Source: Candidatus Multivorans sp.
GTDB taxonomy: Bacteria > Acidobacteriota > Thermoanaerobaculia > Multivoradales > Multivoraceae
Assembly (NCBI GenBank): GCA_965247095.1
Contig: OZ251997.1
Location: 1,216,001-1,280,000, forward strand
Direction of reading: 5' to 3'
Length of the DNA: 64,000 nucleotides
Below are positions 55,832 through 64,000 of this stretch, piece after piece. Numbering within the stretch: position 1 is the first letter of the stretch; each line of letters begins with the position of its first letter. A program made the position numbers and the translations under genes. A model generated the notes under the pieces. The model saw only the letters and a program-made list of their open reading frames with translations. It was not told the DNA's origin and did not search any database.

Positions 55832-58237
55832 ATGGCAAAAATCCGGCTGCAGGATCTGGCCAAGCGGATGAACGTGGCCGAACAGGACTTGCTGTTCAAG
55901 TTCCGATCGATCGGTGTTCGCGTAGAAGGCGAAGACGCGATGATCGACACGGAAATCATCAAGGCCCTGCTGGAAGGCAAGAAGATCGCCGGTCCCCAGC
56001 GCGAGGTCATCCTGCGCGACCGCGCGGCGCCACCGGCCGCGCCCCGGCGCCGTCCCATTTCTAGCCTCAGGCCGCCTTCCGGGCCGATGCGCCCGAATCG
56101 ACGGCGACAGGTCGTCCACAAGCACATGATCCGCACCCTGACGCCGGCCGAGTCGAAGCCGAAGCCGCCGACGCCGGAGGAGATCGCTGCAAAGGAGATC
56201 GCGGCCGAGGAGGCCGCCAGGCCGGGCACGCCGGTGCCGGGAAGCCGGGATACGCCACCGCCGCCAGCCGAGACCCCAGCCGCCGCTCCGACTGCCACGC
56301 CGACATCGTCCCCGGCAGCGCCGCCGCCCGCGGTGGCGCCGCCCGCCCCGTCTACGGCGCCCTCGGAAGCTCGGGCAGCGGCGCCTCCTGCCCTCGATCT
56401 GCGCAGCCGCCGGGAGCGCCAGCAAGAGCGGCGGGCCGAGACGGCTGCCGAGGACGGCCCGCGCCGCACTCTGACCGTGTCGGACGGCCTGCTGGTCCGG
56501 GACCTGGCCGAGAAGATGGGCGTCAAGACGAAGGACCTGCTCAAGATGCTGTTCGAGCGCGGCGTCATGGCGACGGTAAACCACGTCCTGGAACCGGAAG
56601 TGGCGGTCGAACTCGCGGAGCAGATGGGTTTCGACGCCCTGGTCGTCTCCTTCGAAGAGGAAATCCAGTTCGAGCATGAGGAAGAACTGGAGGCCAGCGG
56701 CGAGAGCGCCGATGGGACGGCCGAGGTCGAGCGACCGCCGATCGTGACCATCATGGGCCACGTCGATCACGGCAAGACCTCCCTGCTCGACGCGATCCGC
56801 AAGTCCAGGCTCACCGAAGCCGAGTTCGGCGGGATCACGCAGCACATCGCGGCCTACCAGGTCGAGCACGGCGATGGTCGCATCACGTTCCTCGACACCC
56901 CCGGCCACGAAGCGTTCACCCTGCTCCGGGCCCGGGGCGCCAAGGTCACGGACATGGTGGTCCTGGTCGTTGCCGCAGACGACGGCGTGATGCCCCAGAC
57001 CCTTGAAGCGCTCGACCACGCCCGCGCCGCGTCGGTGCCGATCCTGGTTGCGATCAACAAGATCGACCGGCCGAACGCCAACGTCGACCGGGTCAAGCAG
57101 CAGTTGGCGGAACGCGACCTCATGGTCGAGGACTGGGGCGGCGACGTGATCGCGGTGCCGATCTCCGCCCTCAAGGGCGAGGGAATCGGCGATCTGATCG
57201 AGATGCTCACGCTGACCGCGGAGGTGGCGGAGCTTCGGGCAAATCCGGAGTTGCAGGCCCAGGGCGTCGTGATCGAAGCGAGCAAGGAAACCGGCCGCGG
57301 CCCGGTCGCGACGATCCTGGTTCAGAACGGCACTCTCCGCGTCGGCGACGTCTTCGTCTGCGGTTCGACCTGGGGCCGGGTCCGGTCTCTCATGAACGAT
57401 CTGGGCAAGCGGGTCAAGGAAGCTCCGCCGTCCATGCCGGTCGAGGTCGCGGGCTTCAACGGTCTTCCCGACGCGGGCGACTCGTTCCAGGTCGCAGCCA
57501 GGGAGGCGAAGGCTCGCTCGATCGCCCAGTTCCGGAGCGAGGAGAAGCGTCGCGTCGAACTCGCTCCCACCGCGAGCGGCGTTTCCCTCGAAAGCCTGTT
57601 CGCGAGTCTGAAGGAAGGCGAGGTCAAGGAACTGTCCGTCATCCTCAAGGCCGACGTCCAGGGATCGGTCGAGGTGCTCCGGGATACGCTGCAGAAGGTC
57701 TCGACGGACAAGGTCAAGGTAAACGTGATCCGCGCCGCGGTCGGCGCCGTGACCACGCACGATGTGCTCCTGGCATCGGCTGGGGGAGCGATCATCTACG
57801 GCTTCAACATCCGCCCCGAGCGCAACGCCGCCGACCTTGCCGCCAAGGAAGATGTCGAGGTGCGGCTGCATACGGTGATCTACGAGCTGACGGAAGAACT
57901 CCTTGCGGCGATGACCGGACTGCTGGAGCCGATCTACCGAGAAATCTCCATGGGCCGCGCCGAGGTGCGCGAGGTCTTCAAGGTGCCCAAGGTCGGCATG
58001 GTCGCCGGCTGCCACGTGGTCGCGGGTGTCATCCCGCGCCGCGCGCAGATTCGCCTGGTACGCGACAGCGTGGTCGTCCACGAGGGCAAGATCGGCTCGC
58101 TGCGCCGATTCAAGGAGGACACGGCGGAGGTGCGCAGCGGCTTCGATTGCGGTATCGGCATCGACCGCTATCAGGACGTCAAACCCGGCGATCTGATCGA
58201 GGCCTTCGACCACGAAGCCGTCGCCCCGACCCTCTGA
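55832..58237 (+). CDS. infB: translation initiation factor IF-2
   Basis: RPPIVTIMGHVDHGKTSLLD, GGITQHI, DTPGHEAF, NKID and KADVQGS. Confidence 0.98.
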   Translation: MAKIRLQDLAKRMNVAEQDLLFKFRSIGVRVEGEDAMIDTEIIKALLEGKKIAGPQREVILRDRAAPPAAPRRRPISSLRPPSGPMRPNRRRQVVHKHMIRTLTPAESKPKPPTPEEIAAKEIAAEEAARPGTPVPGSRDTPPPPAETPAAAPTATPTSSPAAPPPAVAPPAPSTAPSEARAAAPPALDLRSRRERQQERRAETAAEDGPRRTLTVSDGLLVRDLAEKMGVKTKDLLKMLFERGVMATVNHVLEPEVAVELAEQMGFDALVVSFEEEIQFEHEEELEASGESADGTAEVERPPIVTIMGHVDHGKTSLLDAIRKSRLTEAEFGGITQHIAAYQVEHGDGRITFLDTPGHEAFTLLRARGAKVTDMVVLVVAADDGVMPQTLEALDHARAASVPILVAINKIDRPNANVDRVKQQLAERDLMVEDWGGDVIAVPISALKGEGIGDLIEMLTLTAEVAELRANPELQAQGVVIEASKETGRGPVATILVQNGTLRVGDVFVCGSTWGRVRSLMNDLGKRVKEAPPSMPVEVAGFNGLPDAGDSFQVAAREAKARSIAQFRSEEKRRVELAPTASGVSLESLFASLKEGEVKELSVILKADVQGSVEVLRDTLQKVSTDKVKVNVIRAAVGAVTTHDVLLASAGGAIIYGFNIRPERNAADLAAKEDVEVRLHTVIYELTEELLAAMTGLLEPIYREISMGRAEVREVFKVPKVGMVAGCHVVAGVIPRRAQIRLVRDSVVVHEGKIGSLRRFKEDTAEVRSGFDCGIGIDRYQDVKPGDLIEAFDHEAVAPTL

Positions 58238-58241
58238 TCCC

Positions 58242-58577
58242 GTGACATCCGTATCCCAGGCCCGCGCACGCGATCTGCTGCGCCGGGAGTTGACTGACAT
58301 TCTGCGGCGCGAAGTCCAGGATCCCCGAGCGGCTCTCGCCAGCATCGCCGATCTGACCCTGAGTACGGATCGCGGTCACGCGCGCATCCTGCTCTCCGTG
58401 CTTGGCGACGACGATGAACGCCAGACGGCGATCAGAGCCGTGCAACGGGCAGCCGGCTTCATTCGCGGCCGCCTGGGGCGGCGCCTGCGTCTGAAGCGGA
58501 CGCCGGAGCTCCACTTCGAACTCTACCGCGGCGCGGAACACGCCGAGCGGATCGACCAGCTCCTGAGTGAGTTGTGA
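58242..58577 (+). CDS. rbfA: 30S ribosome-binding factor RbfA
   Basis: DPR and A.GFIR..LG.RL.L..TPEL.F; follows infB. Confidence 0.9.
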   Translation: MTSVSQARARDLLRRELTDILRREVQDPRAALASIADLTLSTDRGHARILLSVLGDDDERQTAIRAVQRAAGFIRGRLGRRLRLKRTPELHFELYRGAEHAERIDQLLSEL

Positions 58578-59605
58578 ACGCTGGAAGCCTCTCCCCTACC
58601 GTCCCCGAGGAGTTCGTCGCCGCCCTGCGCGGCGGCAGGAGTTTCCTGCTCTCCAGCCACACCCATCCGGACGGCGACGCAATCGGCTCCGAGGTGGCGC
58701 TCGCGCGGATCCTCCGATCGACCGGACGATCCGCCACGATCTGGAACGTCGATCCGGCCCCGGCAACCTATGCCGGCGTCATCGGAGACACGCCCATTCA
58801 CGTCGGCCGGACGCCGCCGCCCGGCTTTCCCGGCGGCTTCGATTTCGCGCTGCCGCTCGAGTGTCCCCAGCTCGACCGCACCGGCCTCGAACAGGCGCTC
58901 TGCCGGATGAAGCTCCTGAACATGGACCATCACCTGGGCAACCGTCTCTACGGAGCGGCCAACTGGGTCGACACCGAGGCGCCGGCCGTGGCCGAGATGG
59001 TGCTCCACCTGGCGCATGCCTTAGACGCCCCCATCGACGCGGCAACCGCGAACGCGCTCTACCTCGGGCTCTCGACCGATACCGGCAGCTTCCGGTACTC
59101 CAATGCCACCCCGCGGGCCTTCGACGCGGCCGCTGAACTCGTCCGCTGCGGCGCCCGCCCGGAGCAGATCGCCGGGTGGCTCTACGAGTCCCAGCCGCCC
59201 GGCGCTGTACGGCTGCTGGGCGAGATGCTTGGAACGCTGGAACTCCACTGCGACGGGCGCGTCGCCAGCGTTCGGCTTGAGTTGCAGATGTTCGAACGGG
59301 CCGGCGCGGCGGCGACGGACTCCGAAGGCCTGATCGACTACCCGCGGTCGATCCGCGGCGTCGAGGCGGTGGCGCTGTTCCGCGAACGCCCCGAAGGAGA
59401 CGTCAAGGTCTCCCTGCGCAGCCGCGGCAAGGTCGATGTCGGGACGATCGCCAGCCGGCGCGGCGGCGGCGGCCATCGCAACGCCGCCGGCTGTCTGATC
59501 GACGGGGGGACGGACGAGTCCGCAGTGATCGCCGAATTGGCGGCCGCGGTCGAGGCGACCATGGGGAGTTCCCGGCACGCGACGGTTTCGGAGGACGCGA
59601 CGTGA
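58574..59605 (+). CDS. nrnA: DHH/DHHA1 phosphoesterase (NrnA-like)
   Basis: H..PDGDAIGS, DHH, TDTGSF, SLRS and GGGH.NAAG. Confidence 0.88.
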   Translation: MNAGSLSPTVPEEFVAALRGGRSFLLSSHTHPDGDAIGSEVALARILRSTGRSATIWNVDPAPATYAGVIGDTPIHVGRTPPPGFPGGFDFALPLECPQLDRTGLEQALCRMKLLNMDHHLGNRLYGAANWVDTEAPAVAEMVLHLAHALDAPIDAATANALYLGLSTDTGSFRYSNATPRAFDAAAELVRCGARPEQIAGWLYESQPPGAVRLLGEMLGTLELHCDGRVASVRLELQMFERAGAAATDSEGLIDYPRSIRGVEAVALFRERPEGDVKVSLRSRGKVDVGTIASRRGGGGHRNAAGCLIDGGTDESAVIAELAAAVEATMGSSRHATVSEDAT

Positions 59606-60549
59606 CCCAGGGACCCGAGCGCCACGGCCTGCTCCTGGTCGACAAGCGACCGGGAGGCACTTCCCACGACGTGGTAAAGGCAGCGCGGCGCGCGCTGGGC
59701 GAGCGGAAGATCGGTCACTGCGGCACCCTCGATCCGAACGCCACCGGCCTGCTGCTGCTGACCGTCGGCCGCGGCACCCGTCTGACCCGCTTTCTGATCG
59801 GCGCGCCCAAGGTCTACGAAGGCGAGATCCGGTTCGGCGTCGCCACGGACACCTACGACGCGGCCGGCCAGGTGACCCTCGAGGGCAGCACCGCGGACCT
59901 GACGCACGAGCAGGTCATTCGGGCAATGCGCGACTTCGAGGGATCGCAGCACCAGTTGCCGCCGCCCTACTCGGCCAAGAAGATCGGCGGTCGCAAGTAC
60001 TATGAACTCGCGCGCCGGGGAGAGGAGTTCGAACGCCAGGGCAAGGACGTCGAGATCTTCCAGTTCGAGGCGACCGGCCCGCTGGGAGGACCTGGCCCCG
60101 ACCGGATCCCCTTCCGGCTGAGTTGCTCCACGGGGGCCTATGCGCGCTCGCTCGCCCACGACCTGGGCGAGCAGCTCGGCTGCGGCGGGCATCTTGCGAC
60201 ACTCCGCCGACTTCGCATCGGCTCCTTCGAGCTCGAAGCCGCGCTCGACGCGGAACGGCTCGAGGCGGTCGAGCGAGGCGCCGAACCGCTCGCGACCAGC
60301 GATCTGGGAGTCGCCTGGGTACCCTTCGACGACATTCCTCTCCCCTTTCCCCGCGTCACGATGGACGCGACCCAGGAACGCCGCATCGCCCACGGACAGT
60401 CCGTGCTGGCGCCGGGAAGCGAGGCCGAAGAGGGAGACTGGGTACAGATTACGGACAACCGCGGGCGGTTCCTCGCCGTGGGCGCCGTCGCGGAGCGGAT
60501 CGGCGACCGCGGCCTCGCCGTCGTGCAGCCGAAGATCGTCTTCCAGTAG
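59602..60549 (+). CDS. truB: tRNA pseudouridine(55) synthase
   Basis: VDK..G.TSHDVV, GH.GTLDP.ATG, PP.YSAKK..G...Y.LAR and CS.G.Y.RSLA.DLG. Confidence 0.96.
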   Translation: MTQGPERHGLLLVDKRPGGTSHDVVKAARRALGERKIGHCGTLDPNATGLLLLTVGRGTRLTRFLIGAPKVYEGEIRFGVATDTYDAAGQVTLEGSTADLTHEQVIRAMRDFEGSQHQLPPPYSAKKIGGRKYYELARRGEEFERQGKDVEIFQFEATGPLGGPGPDRIPFRLSCSTGAYARSLAHDLGEQLGCGGHLATLRRLRIGSFELEAALDAERLEAVERGAEPLATSDLGVAWVPFDDIPLPFPRVTMDATQERRIAHGQSVLAPGSEAEEGDWVQITDNRGRFLAVGAVAERIGDRGLAVVQPKIVFQ

Positions 60550-60716
60550 CGCCGCCAAACGCCTCACAGAGAGCGACTTTGGAGAAACGCGCCGGTAGCC
60601 TGACCGTGCTACACTGCGCGCCGCGAAAGGACAGAGGAACGACGAAGGAACCGTAAGAAGGCAACACAGAGAAACCAACCAGAACGGAACAAGCAGAGTC
60701 AGCGAGGAATCAGAGA

Positions 60717-60986
60717 GTGCCACAGACAACCGTAGTGAAAGACGAGATCATCCGTGACTTCCGTGTCCACGAGACGGACACGGGATCCCCCGAGGTCCAG
60801 GTCGCGCTCCTGACGAATCGCATCAACGAACTCACCGAGCACTTCAAGGTCCACAAGCACGACCATCATGGCCGTCGCGGTCTGCTGAAGATGGTCGGGC
60901 GCCGCCGTCGGCTGCTCGGCTACCTCCGCAGCCAGAGCTTCGAGCGCTACCGGACGACGATCGAGCGCCTCGGAATTCGCAGGTAG
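60717..60986 (+). CDS. rpsO: 30S ribosomal protein S15
   Basis: [19 protein letters not shown]...[20 protein letters not shown]. Confidence 0.98.
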   Translation: MPQTTVVKDEIIRDFRVHETDTGSPEVQVALLTNRINELTEHFKVHKHDHHGRRGLLKMVGRRRRLLGYLRSQSFERYRTTIERLGIRR

Positions 60987-61247
60987 CGAGCATCCGCAGG
61001 TAGACCCCAGAGCCCGGAGCCGCCAGTCGGTTCCGCCTCTCCGGAACCGACCGGTTCGCCCGACAGGTGAGTTCGGATCCGACAACGGATCCAACAGACG
61101 AGACTTCCCGTTCCGGGAAGGAAGTCGCAGGAAGGAAGCCGAAGTGCTCTTCGGGTCACTCCCCCGAACATTCGCCGATGAAGGCACATGCCCGCCACTC
61201 AAGTCGCCGGGCGCAAACAACAGAGTAAGGAAGACAAGAGAACAGCA

Positions 61248-63563
61248 ATGAAGTTCACCAAGGACATCCCGATCGGGAACTCCACCATGACCCTGGAATC
61301 CGGGCGCCTGGCCAAGCAGGCCAACGGTTCCTGCACCGTCCAGCTCGGCGAGACCATCGTGCTCACCACCGCCTGCATGGCGCCGGACAGCACCCCGCGC
61401 GGCTTTCTGCCCCTCACCGTCGACTACCGCGAGTACACATCGGCGGCGGGTCGCATCCCGGGCGGCTTCTTCAAGCGCGAGGGACGCCCCTCCGAGAAGG
61501 AGATCATCACCTGCCGCCTGACCGACCGGCCGCTGCGGCCGCTCTTCCCGTCGGGATACTTCTACGAGACCCAAGTCATCAGTTTCGTCCTCTCGGCCGA
61601 CCAGGAGAACGACCCCGACATCCTCGCGATCAACGGTGCGTCGACGGCGCTCGTGCTCTCCGACATCCCCTTCTACCACCCGGTAGGCGCCGTCCGCGTC
61701 GGAATGATCGACGACGAGATCGTCTTCAACCCGACCGGCGCCGAGCGTGACGTGTCCGACCTTGACCTGATCGTCGTCGGCACGGAGGAAGCGGTGACCA
61801 TGGTCGAGGCCGGCGCCAACCAGCTCGATGAGAGCGTGATCCTCGATTGCATCTTCGCGGGCCACCAGGAGCTGCAGAAGATCGTTCGCGCGCAGCAGGA
61901 CCTGTTCCGCGAGATGAACCTGGAGAAGCCCGACTGGAAGGCCCCCGAGGCCTACACGGCCGAGTTCCAGCAGCAGGTCGAGAGCGCGATCTGGGACGAC
62001 TTCACCGCGGCGCTCAACACGCCCGAGAAGTTCGAGCGCCGCGACGCCGTCAAGGCCGTGGTCAACGGCTTCCTCGAGCAGCTTCCCGAGGACGACGAGC
62101 GCCGCGCCCAGGTCGGCAAGATCGTCAGCGAACTCGAGGACAAAGCGCTGCGTGAGATCGTGATGAAGGAGAGCAAGCGCTTCGACAACCGGGCACTCGA
62201 CGAGATCCGGTCGCTCGACTGCGACACGGGTCTCCTGCCCCGCGTACACGGTTCGGCGCTCTTCACCCGCGGCGAAACCCAGGCTCTCGCCTCGGTCACG
62301 CTCGGCACCCGCCGCGATGCGCAGCTCATCGAGGAGTACGAGGGGGAGACCCACCAGAAATTCCTCCTCCACTACAACTTCCCACCCTTCTCGGTGGGCG
62401 AGGTGCGGTTCCTGCGCGGTTCCAGCCGGCGTGAGATCGGCCATGGCGTTCTGGCCCGCCGCGCCCTGATTCCCGTGCTCCCGACCGAGGACGACTTCCC
62501 CTACACGGTCCGGGTGGTCTCGGAGATCCTGGAATCGAACGGTTCCTCGTCGATGGCCACCGTCTGCGCCAGCTCCCTGGCGTTGTTCGACGCCGGCGTG
62601 CCCATGCTGGCCCCGGTCGCGGGCGTCGCCATGGGTCTGGTCAAGGCCGGCGAGGACTTCGCCGTGCTCAGCGACATCGCGGGCCAGGAGGACCACCACG
62701 GCGACATGGACTTCAAGGTCGCCGGCACGCGCGGCGGCATCACCGCCCTGCAGATGGACATCAAGATCGCCGGCGTGACCCGCGACATCATGGGCCAGGC
62801 GCTGACCCAGGCGAAGGCCGGGCGGCTGCACATCCTCGACCACATGGCCGCCGAGATCGGCGAACCGCGAGAGGAGATGTCGGAGCACGCACCGCGCCTG
62901 CACGTGATGATGGTCGCCCGCGACCGGATTCGCGACGTGATCGGACCGGGCGGCAAGACGATCCGCGGCATCACCGAGGAGACCGGCTGCCAGATCGACA
63001 TCGAGGACGACGGTCGCGTCGTCGTCGCCTCGCCGAACTCCACCGCGGCTGGACACGCGATCGCGATGATCGAGCGGCTCACCGAGGTGCCCGAGGTCGA
63101 CAAGGTCTACACCGGCCAGGTGCGCAGGGTGGAACCGTTCGGCGCGTTCGTCGAGATCCTCCCCGGCACCGACGGCCTGGTCCACATCAGCGAACTCGCT
63201 CCCTATCGGGTCGGCGAGATTCGCGACCTGGTGACGGAAGGCGACGAGATGACGGTCAAGGTGATCGACATCGATCCGTCAGGCAAGGTGCGGCTCTCCC
63301 GCAAGGCGGTCATCATGGACGATCCCGACTTCGACCCCAAGGACTACGAGGGCATGGGCGTCCCGGCGCCCGCCGGCGGCGACCGCAGGGGCGGTCCCGG
63401 TGGGCGCGACGACCGCAGGGGCGGTTTCGGCGGACGCGGCGGACGCGGCGGCGGACGCGGCGGCCCCGGCGGTGGTCGCGGCGGCCCCGGCGGTGGACGC
63501 GGTCCTGGTGGACGCGGCCCTGGCGGGCGCGGTCCGCGACCCGGCGGCGGCGGACGGCGCTAG
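61248..63563 (+). CDS. pnp: polyribonucleotide nucleotidyltransferase
   Basis: GRIPGGF.KREG, RLTDRPLRP, FTRGETQ, ESNGSSSMA, GDMDFKVAG, KH and S1 domains. Confidence 0.98.
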   Translation: MKFTKDIPIGNSTMTLESGRLAKQANGSCTVQLGETIVLTTACMAPDSTPRGFLPLTVDYREYTSAAGRIPGGFFKREGRPSEKEIITCRLTDRPLRPLFPSGYFYETQVISFVLSADQENDPDILAINGASTALVLSDIPFYHPVGAVRVGMIDDEIVFNPTGAERDVSDLDLIVVGTEEAVTMVEAGANQLDESVILDCIFAGHQELQKIVRAQQDLFREMNLEKPDWKAPEAYTAEFQQQVESAIWDDFTAALNTPEKFERRDAVKAVVNGFLEQLPEDDERRAQVGKIVSELEDKALREIVMKESKRFDNRALDEIRSLDCDTGLLPRVHGSALFTRGETQALASVTLGTRRDAQLIEEYEGETHQKFLLHYNFPPFSVGEVRFLRGSSRREIGHGVLARRALIPVLPTEDDFPYTVRVVSEILESNGSSSMATVCASSLALFDAGVPMLAPVAGVAMGLVKAGEDFAVLSDIAGQEDHHGDMDFKVAGTRGGITALQMDIKIAGVTRDIMGQALTQAKAGRLHILDHMAAEIGEPREEMSEHAPRLHVMMVARDRIRDVIGPGGKTIRGITEETGCQIDIEDDGRVVVASPNSTAAGHAIAMIERLTEVPEVDKVYTGQVRRVEPFGAFVEILPGTDGLVHISELAPYRVGEIRDLVTEGDEMTVKVIDIDPSGKVRLSRKAVIMDDPDFDPKDYEGMGVPAPAGGDRRGGPGGRDDRRGGFGGRGGRGGGRGGPGGGRGGPGGGRGPGGRGPGGRGPRPGGGGRR
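63378..63560 (+). repeat. Gly/Arg-rich (RGG/GPGGR) coding repeats in the pnp tail
   Basis: GDRRGGPGGRDDRRGGFGGRGGRGGGRGGPGGGRGGPGGGRGPGGRGPGGRGPRPGGGGRR. Confidence 0.85.
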
Positions 63564-63567
63564 CCGT

Positions 63568-63594
63568 CGGCCGGCCGACACCGGCCGGCCGTTT
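63568..63594. terminator. hairpin between convergent pnp and larC
   Basis: CGGCCGGCCG-ACAC-CGGCCGGCCG followed by TTT. Confidence 0.65.
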
Positions 63595-64000
63595 CAGTCG
63601 GCCGCGCTGAGGGCAGCGCGATAGATCGCCCGGAAGGGGACTCCCCTCTCTCGGGCGATCCGTCGCACATCCTCGTACTCCGGCGCCGCTCCCAGGGACC
63701 GGCCGCCGATCAAGGCCGTCTTGACCCTGACCTCGCCGAAGGCCGTCGTCACCGACACGGTCGACCGCTCGGCCTCCAGCCGATCCACGACCGTCCGCCG
63801 GCAGCCCAGAGAACCCGTCTCGAGGAGTAGCCGCTCGGCGAGTTCGGATGCCTGCTCGGGGCGGCAGATGACGGTGACGGCGACGCCCGGGCGCGACTTC
63901 TTCATCTGCACCGGGGTGGCGAAGACATCGAGCGCGCCGGCCTCGAGCAGCGCCTCCCCGGCGTAGCCGATCGCCTCGCCGGTCGCGTCGTCGACCTGAC
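63594..64000 (-). CDS. larC: nickel-pincer cofactor biosynthesis protein LarC, C-terminal part (runs off window)
   Basis: QVDDATGE.IGY....LLEAGALDV...P.QMKK.RPG, ETGSLG.R and PEYED. Confidence 0.9.
   Translation of the reverse strand, partial: QVDDATGEAIGYAGEALLEAGALDVFATPVQMKKSRPGVAVTVICRPEQASELAERLLLETGSLGCRRTVVDRLEAERSTVSVTTAFGEVRVKTALIGGRSLGAAPEYEDVRRIARERGVPFRAIYRAALSAAD

Noticed and set aside
56150-56400. Pro/Ala-rich stretch in IF-2
   Set aside because: A variable low-complexity N-terminal linker is normal for IF-2
55829-63185. Very long antisense ORFs (55829-58345, 60699-63185; likewise 14939-16912, 37042-39012, 3064-5112, 908-2803)
   Set aside because: They mirror well-supported genes on the opposite strand, are expected from strong GC3 bias, and contain no recognisable motifs
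1-64000. CRISPR array, tRNA/rRNA, IS or prophage genes
   Set aside because: No regularly spaced repeats, cloverleaf/T-loop signatures, or transposase, integrase or phage motifs were recognised by eye; a dedicated scan could still find small elements

Overview
GC-rich bacterial chromosomal window, densely coding. Gene content (Na+-NQR, Uma2-type nuclease, PQQ-like propeller, rimP-nusA-infB-rbfA-DHH-truB-rpsO-pnp) would fit a marine Acidobacteriota-like organism, but this is inference only. It holds housekeeping genes (asnS 3' end, rnc, mutL, recO, mgtE, valS, birA, translation operon, larC 3' end) and a complete-looking F420 cluster (F420:NADP reductase, cofE, cofD, cofC, fbiC) with two luciferase-like oxidoreductases. 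It also has a TAXI-TRAP transporter and an nqrABCDEF-apbE-nqrM operon. Two small accessory islands interrupt this backbone. The first is a tandem pair of Phd/VapC toxin-antitoxin modules, the second one damaged and joined to a truncated HEPN-motif gene. The second is a three-gene dual-OB-fold + DUF488 + DUF488 operon. The most unusual gene is a ~730 aa fusion of ATP-cone, 2-phosphoglycerate-kinase-like and ApgM-type mutase/phosphatase domains, coupled to the end of the nqr operon through an apparent CTG start. No tRNA, rRNA, CRISPR array, integrase or transposase was recognised. All calls come from motif recognition by eye; no searches were run.
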